55,546 nt of DNA from Psammoneis japonica (taxonomy: Eukaryota). Position 1 is the stretch's first letter; the number at the start of each line of letters is the position of its first letter. Positions 44,044-55,546 of the stretch are shown one piece after another. The notes below the pieces were generated by a model. The model was not told the DNA's origin, did not search any database, and saw only the letters and a program-made list of their open reading frames with translations. A program made the translations under genes and the position numbers. The DNA is taken from assembly GCA_008632985.1 (NCBI GenBank), contig QPGO01000218.1:62001-117546 (forward strand), read 5' to 3'.

Positions 44044-46070
44044 AGAAACACTCGTTTCGCTTAGGTTAGGTTTGCAACGAAAATTAGAATTGCATTCCTA
44101 GTTATCTGCATACAGGATGCCTTGATTGATTCTCTCTTCATTCTCTTTTATTTAGATTGGCTAATCAAGTCTGAGGAACTACCAAAAGCTGGGGTAGACA
44201 CCTGTTCCCCTTGTGAGATCGATGCTGTGGGTTTGGTTTTAAGAATCAAATGAGAGCATTTTTAACGCCAGTCGCACCAACAGCTTGACGATCGGTTTTG
44301 TGGACCACCATGACTCTTTTTGCCAACAGGAAAGATGCAAAAAGTTGGCTCTGAACTTGCATCGAGCAATGCAAGAAACTCTCCACTGGCACTGGGGATG
44401 CAGGCACTGATGATGCAAGAGCGGCCCAAGATGCCGCTTCAACTGGCGCTCTAGCTCCAAGCAGCTGGGATTCGACAAAAGGGCAGCCACAACTTTCTGG
44501 CAGTGTCACACTGCAACCAGCCCTCTCTCTCTCTCTAGAAGGACGACTCTGTCTTGAGCCATTTCATGTGTGTTGCAAAGAAAAGGGCACTGGCAGAACA
44601 TTGCACAGTGATGGCTGTGGCTCCACAATTGGCAAGTGACATGTTCACCTCAACCACTGCACTCCCTTTGCTTTGCCTGCATTGCAAAACCACACAGCAG
44701 TTTCAAAACCATGCCTGACATTGAAAACATGTTGGCATCAACTCTTTGAGGTGCATGTTCATTGCCATGCTCTGTCATGGCCAATCACCATCATCTCTCA
44801 TCTCCGCACCACTTTGCCAGAGGTGACATGATTGCGGCAAGAAAAAGGCAGACAAACCTCTGAAGAAAGATTTCATGTCCACCAAACAAAGCAAGTGTCA
44901 CTCTTTTTCTACATCATCCATCATCTGCATGAAGCATCTGCTAACTTGTCATGTGGTGGCCACCAGTGTGGCTGCAAAATGTCATGCTGTGAGAATGGAA
45001 AGACCCACGACCCACCAGTGGAAACTGTGCAGGGCTGCCCAAACTCTGTCATTGCATTGTGGCCATGTGTGAGTCCAAAATGTGGATGGGCAAATGCATC
45101 AAGCCAGTTGTTGCAGCCAAGCAGACAGCAGAGAAAACATTTCCACAACACAGAGAGAAACAATCAAGCAACAAAGCTTTTGATTGTCTCAGTTCTGCAC
45201 AGAACACAAGAAGCAAGTGTTTTTGTGAAAGATCTCAAAGTTTGCTGAGTGCAACAAACATGAACAAAAGAGATGGGCTTGCCAATCTGCTGGCCCCTCA
45301 ATGGGATGCTCTCCTCCTTTTTTGATTGTCAGTGCAGTGCATCATGCACATCTCTGCAATCAAGCAGGGAGCTGACAAATGCTGTTGAGACATGCACAAA
45401 ACATGCCCTCTGACTGAAAAAACAAAATTCTGTTCACAATGGTGGGGGGCTTGGTGCCACACAAACAGGCTGCTGCTTTTTGCAAGGTCAACAAGAGTGC
45501 AACATAAAATCATTGCCATGCTTGGTGCAAGGGACAAGAGCTCATGCTTCCCTTCCTTGTGGTGTGCTTGCAAGTGCTTTTTAAATGCACAACTTTGTCT
45601 GTTCAGTGCAAAGCTGTCAAACCGGCAAGTCAATGTTGCAAAAGGAGGGAGAGCCCCGTTGGTCAGTCACAACAATGGCTGTGGGTTGCCAGTGGTGTTG
45701 CTGCACACTGTGATTTGTGTGACAACAGGTGCCTGCCAATGCTGAGTGACAAATCATGCAAACCCAATGATTTGCTCCAAAGAGTGAGATGAAACTGAAA
45801 GGTGAGAGATTGCTGACAGTGAAACCTCACTCATGAAGAGTTGCAAAATGAGCTGCATCATTGGCCACTGCATTTTTTCTTCAACACATCCAGGTTCTTT
45901 ACATTTCCCACAACCTGGATGCTGTTCCAACAAAAGCATCAAGAAAATTGCATGCACTGCACAAAGCAGCAGAAATTTCACTTGCGTGCTGCAGAAGCAG
46001 TGCACACAGCTGCAAGAAGCCCCCCAGTTGTTGGAGTTTTGCAGCTTGCCAGCCAGTGTGCATTTAGTGT

Positions 46071-47808
46071 TGCCAATCCTGAGCTTGCTGTGTGGCTTGC
46101 AAACACATTTCCTCTGTGCCATCATCTGCTTTTGCCATGTCAACCAGGTGCAGAAGCCAAAAGGTCAAAGGGAGCGCAAGACCCACAACTCAACCCAAGT
46201 TGAGAACACAAATCCACCATGTTGTTCACAATCATCAGCACATCTTACACTGCAATGTTGACTGTCCATCCTGCAAAAACTGCCTTTCACCACAATGTCC
46301 CAACACACTCCTTTGCACAAGTCATCAATTGGTTGGCCTCAGGAGGCACATCAAAAAGCATGATGGGAGGACGACACTTGGAAACCATGCCATTTAAACT
46401 CTGCCAACAAATGACCACCATTGCTGTTGAGCAAAGCACAACCCCATTTCACATGCCCAACCTTGCAACATTTCCATGGTTTAATCTGCTTTTTCTCATT
46501 CTGCACAAAGCTTGCACTCTCAGGGTTTTTGTTGAAACCACAAGTGTCCAACACATGCAATGCCACCTTGGCAACATTGGAGCAATTGCCACCCCCAGTG
46601 CAACCTGCTGATGTGTGTCTTTCAAGACATGCCAACATTCCTTCTTGGTGCCTTCTGTTGGTGTTGCAACCAACAACTTGTCCTTTTCTTTGTCATGGGT
46701 GTTGTGAGCATCCTTGCCAAACCCATCTTCTTTGTTGGCAATTTCTTCTGGGACAATCATCATGCCACAGGATGCTTTTGCCATCTCAACAGTGCCAGCA
46801 AACCAACCACAATGACATTGAAGCACCTCTCCTTCATCTTGATGAATGTGTGCTGACTGCTTTCAAGCCTTGACTGCCTGAACATGTGAGCACATCTTCT
46901 TCTCATTTGCATCAAACAAAGTTGACTTGACAATTTCCAACAGCACCACCACACCCCCCCACTCTTTCACCACTCTTGCACACTCTGTTGCTGCTCCTTC
47001 AATCTTGTGACAAAGGCCTTTGCACAGTGTCCCACAATTGCGTTGAATGCCCTTGCCTTCTGTGTCTTGTAGAATGTGATCTGTTCACACATGGTGATCA
47101 CATTGCTTGCCCCAGATTGTCTTGTCCTTCTTCAATGTGGCATCTCCCAATGAACACTCTGGCTCTTTTGTGGCATGCTCTCCTGCCTCAGTGATGCCAG
47201 CACCTGCATCTCCAGCCCAAACATTCTTCCAACACACTTGCTGATCTTCTTGACGGTTTCTGTGCAACCATCTGCCTGTGAACCCAACTCAGCAATGGCA
47301 TCATGCACCCACTCCTTTGAATCTTTTGTGCTTCTGCATCTGGCGCAGTCCTTGAGATTGTTTCTTTGCCCTTGTCCACCAGCTGGCTTGTTTGTTGCCA
47401 CAATCTGCCACATGAGACATGCCTTTGGATTCTTGATGACTTCCCAGCCCCCATGCTCTTGTTCCTGATGACTTCTCAGCCTTTTCCTTTGACCCACACT
47501 GCTCCTTTGAGTGTCATGCTGTGACTTTTTAGCTTCTGTGTTGGAGTTTCACAGCTTGCCGACTGGCACATGTTTGGTCTTGCCAACCCCAAACTCACTG
47601 TGTGGCTTGCAAACACAACCCCAATGCTTGTCATCTGCTGTTGCCATGTCAGCCAGTGCAGAAGCTAAAAAGTGAGCAGAAGACCTGCAACTCAACCCCA
47701 AGTCATGAATGCAAATCTGCCACAAAGTCCACAGTCATCAGTGCATCATGCACTGCAACATTGTTTGTCTGTCTTGCAAAAACTGCCTCTCACCAAAATG
47801 TTCCAACA
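46071..47808. repeat. Diverged ~230-bp direct repeats (46071-46305 and 47581-47808)
   Basis: Shared blocks ctgtgtggcttgcaaacaca, ttgccatgtca, gtgcagaagc, caactcaaccc and tgcaaaaactgcct.tcacca.aatgt.ccaaca. Confidence 0.85.
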
Positions 47809-48979
47809 GCACCTCTTGAGCCACAGCAACCTCAATCTTTTCTTTCACCAACTGCACATTGCATGCAGATGAGTCAAGAGTGAGTTTTTGCTTGCAGTTT
47901 GTTCCCTTTCTCATTGCCACACCCGCATGGCTTCTTTGGCACTGCAGTGGTGATGACTTGTGTGGCTGCCACTGGTGGCTCCACTGCACTGTCTGGTGCT
48001 TCAGCATTGGTCACTGCCCCAAGAACTCCTCCTCTTTTCAGAGCAGCTCAGCTGTGTAGACTCCTGTCTACCTTTTCTCTAGTTCCTTTTTTCTGGAGAA
48101 GGGCTGGCTCTGGCCATCTCAGAGGACTCCCACCCCCATTTGGTTGGCACAACTCTCAAAGCAGCAGGGCAGTCTCAGCTCTGATCTTGCCTCTGATGAC
48201 ACTGCCATGGCAGCTGGATTGTCTGCAATGGCAAGCAGTCTGGCAAATGCCACTGCAGCACTTTTCACATGCATCCTTGTTGCTGACAATGGTGTTCAGC
48301 TCTCCCCTGTGGCCCATCTGAGTGCTGTGCTGCTCAAGCAAAGCTCATCAGTGGCAAGGCAATTCTGTTGGCTTGGGTGCACACCTCACCTTCCTCTGTT
48401 GTGGCAGCCACTTGGCCTGACTCTGTCATTGTGGCAGCCTCTGGTCCAAGTGTTGCAGCCACCAGTGCCACCCATGTTGTCTTGCCAAAGTTGTGGAGTG
48501 CAACATGCCCATGCTGAATGCTGGCTCTGGGACATGCTGTGCCTCCATCATCTGCCTCTCCTTGTTGTCTGCCAGCCATGTCATTCATGCATGACTCATG
48601 TCATTCTTTCAGTTCTCTAAAACTGTCAGACTCTTTCAGCCATGCCTTTGTTGTGTGTGCTTTGACAAGACCCAAGCCCTTTCTTGGCTGGCGGTTCACA
48701 GCAGCACCCCAGCAGCAGACATCAGCTGCCTTTTGGCTTTGTTTGCAGGCTCTGTCTTTGGCAGTCATGTGGTCCTTGCCCAGAGCACTGTGAGAGTGAC
48801 TTGCCAGTTCCATCCCAACCTTTTGGAGGCCCAGGCAGGTGCAAAGATCCAGTGCACTCTCTCTCAAATGAGGCCTGAGTGTGCCAACTGTTTGATGTGC
48901 AGCTTCATCAAATCAGTGATGCAGAGCACTGCAGCCATGCCAGCATCACATCACACCAATCAGACCCCACCTGCATTGC

Positions 48980-51850
48980 GCAAGTGAAAAAAATGGATTG
49001 GTGCTCTCATGACCAATCTTTTGTTGGCTTCACACCCAGAAAAAGCAATTGCTCTGCAGAATTCTGTGGCAATTTGGTGCTGAGCTTAGCCAAGACTTTT
49101 CTGTCTCCCCAACAGCAATCCCCAACCTCACATTCATGACTGCAGCATTGGTGCAACAAAGTGAATTGGAAGAAAGAACTCCTGTTGTTGTCTCTGTTGA
49201 AAGAGGCCCGCGACAATGCTCCAAGTGCTTTCAGCAACAAAAAATGTGGAGTCAACCTTTGCCACTTTCCAACAGGTTCAAGAAGTGCCAAGACTGTGAA
49301 ACTTCATTGTTGGAGACCAGTTTGTTGTTGGGCCAAGTGTGGGTGACTTTCAGAGACTGCCTCATGAAAAAAAGCTGAAACCATTTTGCTCTAAAAAATG
49401 ACTGCCTCAACCAAAAGCAAAGTTTGTTGAGGTGGAGTCTGGCTCACATGTGGTTGAGCACAGTGGCAACAAAGAGTCACTGCAAGGTGTGCTGAAAGAG
49501 GTGCCCCCCCCCCCAGCTGCAAAAAAGTGTGCATGGAAAAGATTCTATGTTTTGTGAGTTGCGTGGCATCTGTGCAGCACAAAGATCATCAATGGCAAGA
49601 TGTTGAGCAGTGGGAACATGACAACACACACAAACATCAGTCTTTCTTATCTCACTCTTTTCTTGTGGGGAGAAACAGGTGATGGCCTCATGTGAAAGGG
49701 GGGAAGGACCAAAAATTGCTGAGGGTGGGGTTGAAAACAGCTGCCAAAAATTGTTTCAGAAAGTGTTTTGAAAGGTGCTCATTCTTGCCATGTCTGCCGT
49801 GCATTGACAACAGTTTTGTGCCAAAGGGATGAAGTGCCGCTTCTGAATGGAAGCTCCACAACCAGTCAATTGGCAACAACTGCACATGTGCTTGCAGGCT
49901 CTGTCACTTGCAACCTTGTTTTGCTGGATCAAGATGAGTCCAAGTGCTGCAAGTGCTGGATTGTCAGCTTGGCCAACATTGCCATCAAAGCTTTCAGAGC
50001 ACATGGGGGGCTGGTTCTTCATCAGATGCAAGAATTGCACTTGGGATGATTGCCATGTGTTGCTGGAAGCAACAGCCAGAATTGTTTGGACTTGAAGAAG
50101 AACCTGCCATCTGCACACCAGTCAAGAAGCTGTTTGGGTTGAATGAACAACCCAGGCCTTGATGATGGCAAAAAAGCAGTGCTGCCATTGGCAATCTTGG
50201 CAAAAAACCAAAGAATGACTCAATGGAGGGCAAAGCTTTTTGAAGTGGAGCCCAACTCATGTGCAGTTGAGCACAACAATGACAAAGAGGAGCCACTGCA
50301 AGGATGACTTAAAGTGGTGCTCCCAGTTGCAAAAAAGGTGAGCAAAGAAAATTCCGCACAGCTCCAAGCTGAGAAGGAGTCTTGTCCAGAGCTGCTTGGC
50401 ATCTGCACAAAGAGTTTCCATTTGCACTGTGCAAGCAAAACAGCAAAGTGTGCAAGGCTGGACACAATTGTCTGCTGTCCACACCAGACTCTTTGGTGAG
50501 GTCTGCATGTGCACCCTTGCCCACTGTCTTTTGTGCGCGCACCATTGTTCTTGATCATTTTGTTGAACCCCGCCATGACCAACATGAGAAAGTGCCACTT
50601 GATCTTGTTTTGCACTCTTTCCCTGTTGTGTGCAATGGATGATGGCTGCAGAAGAGACAGACTAAATCACCAAAGGCAAGATTGAAGACACCACAAAATT
50701 GTCTCAAAAGCATTGGAAGGTGCCCATTCTTGCTGCAGGGCACAAAAAAAAGTTTCTGGGAGAGAAACACCACAAAGAAGGGAGAAGCCACTTTTCTGAC
50801 AATTTTGCAGTTGCTTGGTCTGGTGAAGCAAGATGCTTTGCATTGCAACATGCCGTTGACAGCACTGCCAAAGCAACCAGCAATGGGCACAATGTGTGTG
50901 CTGCAAATGTGCACCAACAGCCTCCACACACCCAAGAGCAGCATTTCAATGTGAAGGTGTGGCAACAGATCTGTCATTTTTGTCACAAGAGTCTCTTGAA
51001 CTTGCCCTTGGAATGCTCCAAAGAAGCAAAAACTGCTGGCTGTCCGGAGCAACTCATTGTCAAATTTGTCAAAAGCACGCTTTGCTCCAGTGTGCAACTT
51101 TGCACATGAAGGGTCGTGTGTGTGCAATGCAAAACTCCATTTTTTTGTCTTTTGGTGTGCAGGGGGGTTCATTGATGGTGGCACTGTGCCACAAAACACA
51201 AAAAGTTGCACATTTTAGAGAAAAAGTTGCAGCACTGTGTTGTCAAGCAACTCAACTGGCTGCATGGCATTTTTCATGCTTTGCAATTTCCCCTCTGAGA
51301 AAAGAACTTCAACTTTGATGATGTGACATGCCAGATGTGCACAAAAAGCTGCAAAATGTTTCAGAGATCTGAGCTGGAAAGCACCCCCAACTGACTTGAT
51401 GCTTGTTTGCACTTCTCATTTTTGCCAATCACCAGCTGCAAGAAGGTGTTGCTCAAAACAGTCTGCTGGGCATGGCAGCACATCATGGGCAGGGGCAGGG
51501 CATTCTTCCACCAGCTCAACGTGCCAGTGTTCAACTCCCCACAATGCGTTGCTGGTGACTCTGCAGAAGTTGAAAAGTCTGGCATCCTTTGAGAATTTTT
51601 CTCAATGCTTTGAGCTGTCAGCCCCAAGCACAGATGATGATGCACCATGGACAACTGCAAAAAATGTTTTTGTTGTTCTCCAGGGCACAACGTGGAGAAG
51701 AACACCAAGCATGAGCTGCTCTGGGGGAGAACTTAGATTTCCTGTTGCACATCAGATTGATGAAAAATCCATGGCGCAAACCTCAGCAGCCAATGACTTC
51801 TCATCGAGGTTGCAGTTGCCACCCTAAAACCACCACTTGTGCTGGTCTTC
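48980..51850 (-). mobile_element. Possible decayed Plavaka-like DNA transposase remnant
   Basis: Scattered minus-strand fragments (CGELNTG, FDKFDNELLRTASSFCFFGAF, VWRLLVHI, FGDLVCLFCSH, ESFDGNVGQ...LIQQNKVASD) recall the motif order of Plavaka-type transposases. Heavily degenerate, recognised by eye only. Confidence 0.35.
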
Positions 51851-52699
51851 AAAAGCTCCCACACAGCTTGGCTTGAGCATGTGCAGTGCACGGCAAAGGA
51901 GGGAGGCTGCAATCATGAGTTGCTTGCCAAAGAGGAGGATGCAATCAAACACTGTTTCTTCCAGCACTTTTTGTTTTTGGTCCTGTGAGCTTGAGTGGCT
52001 TGTGCATGTCAAGCACAAAAACAGGACAGATGGACAAGTGGCAGATTGGGCTGTTTTTTTTTTTGCTGCGTGCGCAACATTTGGTGAAGTCAACCTCACT
52101 TGGCAAAGTTGACAGTCATCTCTTGATGACATTTGACATCATTGATGACTCTGCTGTGATGATCCTCATTGCCTCTCAATGAATTCAGCAGGGCTGTCTG
52201 CAGCATGCATTGTCAAGCAGGAAGAAGCACACATGTTTTCACAACTGCACATTGTTGCGTGCATCAGTTGCACTGCAATCATGGGTGCATGCAAAGGACA
52301 GACAAATCACACAGATTTGATCAGATGTCAAAAACTGCAAATGTCATCAATCAATGATGTTGACACACAATTTGTCAGTGCTTGTTGCACTGCAATCAGA
52401 TTTTCTGAATGGCCTTTGGAGCAAATGGCACACTTTGGGCCGTTGAGAGCTCCTTCAGAGAAATCCAAAATTGCAGCACAAAAAATCCAATCTCATGATT
52501 TTCTGCTTTTTGTGATTTGCTCCACTTTCATTTGCACTCATTCTTCAAGCATGGTGCATTGTGTGCATGCACCACAGAAGGCAAGTGCACAAAATTGAAG
52601 CTTTCACCCAATGCGACTGATGCCAAGTCTTCTGTCAAGTGAGGGACAGTTGCTCTGGTGCCCCTGAAAATGATTTCCAAGCCAAAGTTGCTCAAATGA

Positions 52700-55546
52700 A
52701 GCCAGTGCCTCAAGATGGAGCAATCTTTTTATCCTGAAGACAAGAAGAGTTGCACCCACACAATCAATGTCAAGAACTGCAACCAGCGGGGAGTCTGCTC
52801 CAAGTGTGTCAAATTCTTGAAGACTTGCCATTGATGCTTGGTTGGCCAGAACATGCAAAAGCAAGCCAACAAGTTCCATCTGATGCAATCAATGAAAAAC
52901 AGCAAGTTTCCAAGTGCATCAAATTCTTGAAGACTTGCTGTCAACTTTTGGATGGACAAAATGTGCAGAAGCAAGCCAACAAGTTCCATCTGATGCACAT
53001 GTTGTTGCAGGAGATGCTCTCCAAGTTTTTGAGAACAAGGCTGCAAAAACACATTTGCTTCAAAGAGGCAAAGACGCCTTTGAAAAATGCCTGTGTTTCC
53101 TTTCCAACCATGTTTCCCCCAAAGAGTGCACTTCAAAATCAGAAACGGCATCTGTGGCATGATCTCAAGAAGCCATCAGAGACCATGAAGATCTGCAAAG
53201 CTGCCACTTGGACTCAGGAAGGAATGAACAAATGTCTCAAGTTCCACCCTCTTTTTGTGCCAAAGCAGAATCTAGAGGACAAAGATGAGCTTGAGAACAT
53301 TGTCTGCAACCTTGCACCTCATTGATGGTGCTGTCAGTCAAGCTCACAAGGTCTGGAAGTTCACATTTGACTGGACTAATGTCAAATCTGATCACAACAG
53401 CAAGGCTGGGTTAAAGTCAAAGATGGGCTCAATTGCAGCTCCAAAAATGGTTGCCAATCTGGTGCCGAACATTCTGATTCCAAGATGTGGTTCAATCATT
53501 GCACATGGGCCACTCATGACATGGATCAATGTTGGGTTGATGGAAGACTGGCAAACTGATGCTGAGAGAACTTTGAACAAAACCCAAAACAGCAATGTTC
53601 AAATGGCAATTGCAGGTGGTCTTGCATTGTGACACTGAAAATGCCTTTCCAAAGGAAGAGTTGAATGCCATGATCACTCAGCCAGTCAACAAAACCCTCA
53701 AGACAAGTTCCTTGACATGTGACAAAAAGCACAAGGGCAGACATTCTGACTGTGATGCACTTGGCAAAGAAAACTTCCAATTTGAGTGCAAATGATGCAC
53801 AGTTGTTTTGAAAAATGACCAGCTTCTGTTGAGGAGTCTTGCACATGACTGGATGTCAGCAAGCCCAGAAAAGGCCAAAGCAACTCACACAGGTCCAGCA
53901 GTCATTGCTCACATGAACCCCTCTTTGAGAAAAGAGAGGGGTGAGACTCTGCATGTTCTTCTTGATGGTGAAACATCATCAACTGCAATTTTGTGCAAAT
54001 TCACGTGGAAATTGAGAACCAAAGAATCTGCCACCAAGACTTGGAAAACCAAGGGTGGACTCTTTGCAACTGACAGCAAATGCAAAATGCAGTTCTTGTC
54101 ACCTGAATTTGACAAGCACAAGCCCATTGACAAGACAACACATGCTCATGGCATGCCCTCTTCTTCGTGTTGATGTGATGTGATCATGGGACACAACCTG
54201 ATGAGCAGTCTTGGAGTCACACTCAGCTCCACAAATGTGATTAGAAGATGCTGTTGTGCCAACAAAGAATGTTGGCACTTTCTTTGATGCTGATGTCTTC
54301 AAGCTGATTGCCAACCACATTGAAGAGTCTGGTGCTGTGAATGGTCTCAATGGCAAGACCAATGGCACCAGGATCCTTGATGCCAACTGTCATGCTGGCA
54401 ACCTCATTGATGTGGCTGACAGCCACAGAGTCACATCTCACCCCAGGAGAACAGAAGCAACTGAACTCTCTTTTAAAAAGATTTGAAAAGCTTTTTGACA
54501 GTTCCTCAGGTGTGTGGAAAGGAAAACCAGCAGATCTCATGTTGAAATTGGGCATGACTCCACATGATTTGGAGCCATTTCCCACACCACAAGCCTTGGA
54601 GGCAACTGCTTGAAAGGAAGCAGGCAGACTCTGTGAAGCAGGAGTCTCAAAGAAAAAAAATGGACCACTCTGAATGGGCAGCTCCAACCTTTGTTCAACC
54701 CAGGAAAAATGATCAAGTTCGGTTCCCACCCAACTTTTAAAGAGCTGAGAGGGAGGCTGATGTGCACTCCACACCCTTTGCCCAATGTTTGGGATGCACT
54801 GCAGAAACTTGAAGGTTTCATGCATGTGACCTCATTTGATTTGACCACGAGATGCTGTCACATCAAGCTGACATGGGGTGCATGTGTCATTTGTGCATGA
54901 TGGTGATGCTGCAGGGCAAATGTGAATGTTGCAGACTCCTTGTGAGAATTTCCCCCCATCATTTTTTGAGAACACATGGGCAAACTCATGGCAGGTTTAG
55001 AGTTTGTCAAAACTTGCTGTGTTGATGTCATGCTGTGCCTGACAAAAAGTGACTTCAAAGATCAACTCCAGAAACTTGAGGAGACATTCACATGGCTCAA
55101 ACAAGCCAGTTTGAAGGTCAGTTCCAAGAAGTCCTTTTCAGCTGAGCATGATGCAGACTGTCCAGGCTTTCATGTCACCCAAAATGGTGTTGCACCACCC
55201 CCCATGAAAGTGGGGGCAATTCAAGCAACTGCAACTCCCAAAACTCACAAGGAGCTGCAATGTTTTGTTTGTGTGGTCAATTGTTGTCAAGACATGTGGC
55301 CTCAACAATCTCATGCACTTGCTCTCCTCTTGCCAAACTCACCCAAACAAAGGTTGAGTGGCAATGGATGAGCACGGAACAAAAAGCTTTCAAAAATGTG
55401 AAGAGTTGTGTCAAAGGACGTGTCATCATCACACCCAAATTTTGACAAACTCTTTGAGCAGTGTGCCAAAGGAAAAAAATTCTAAACTGGGAGCAGTCAC
55501 ATCACAAAACAATCAACCTGTTGCTTTCCACCGCTGCAGGTTAAAT
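52700..55546 (+). mobile_element. Decayed Ty3/Gypsy LTR retrotransposon (gag-protease-RT-start of RNase H), running off the window end
   Basis: gag-like FPPKSALQNQKRHL..LKKP; protease LHVLLDGETSS...WKTKGGLFAT...PEF; RT SEWAAPTF, PHPLPNVWDALQKLEGFMHVTSFDLTTRCCHIKL and LMAGLEFVKTCCVDV; RNase H start LGAVTSQNNQPVAF. Confidence 0.88.
52801..52997 (+). repeat. 110-bp-period tandem duplication in the gag region
   Basis: caagtg..tcaaattcttgaagacttgc...aagcaagccaacaagttccatctgatgca occurs at 52801 and 52911. Confidence 0.9.

Larger units (their letters stand above)
44220..55546. mobile_element. Large nested block of heavily decayed transposons, depleted of both TpA and CpG
   Basis: Almost no TA or CG over ~11 kb, dense Cys/His/Gln-rich spurious ORFs in all frames, and recognisable TE remnants inside. 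Confidence 0.85.

Noticed and set aside
51900..52700. 5' LTR and PBS of the Gypsy element
   Set aside because: The 3' LTR lies outside the window and the sequence is too decayed to define the boundaries.
23400..55546. Classical fungal RIP or simple CpG deamination as the sole cause of the TG/CA excess
   Set aside because: RIP enriches TpA, whereas here it is lost. CpG decay cannot turn Tyr codons into Cys/His, and CpGs persist in the Helitron.

Overview
Eukaryotic nuclear DNA, most likely from a (pennate) diatom, judged from short GT-AG introns of 70-110 nt, ASAFAP-type plastid presequences and a helicase-associated (HA) domain protein. A gene-dense backbone carries a LON-N-domain protein, PRP8, trifunctional enzyme alpha, SART1, an NAD(P)-binding protein, an HA protein, PEX16, threonine aldolase, C2 and EGF proteins, TGS1, a TPR-like protein, GLDH, a CENP-H-like gene, a DUF1769/DUF547 protein and an NBD-only Hsp70. 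Four sharply bounded repeat-derived domains interrupt it (about 1-460, 23400-28900, 31690-33330 and 44220-end). These include a decayed Helitron, a Ty3/Gypsy element and a possible Plavaka-like transposon. The standout signal is that TpA has been almost erased in these domains by TA->TG/CA transitions (A->G on either strand, with an apparent 5'-TAY preference). This is visible directly between tandem-repeat copies and as systematic Tyr->Cys/His changes, including catalytic tyrosines. It looks like a RIP-like, repeat-targeted adenine hypermutation system distinct from CpG deamination. Several essential genes carry 1-bp indels, probably long-read assembly errors, so a sequencing artefact must be excluded.
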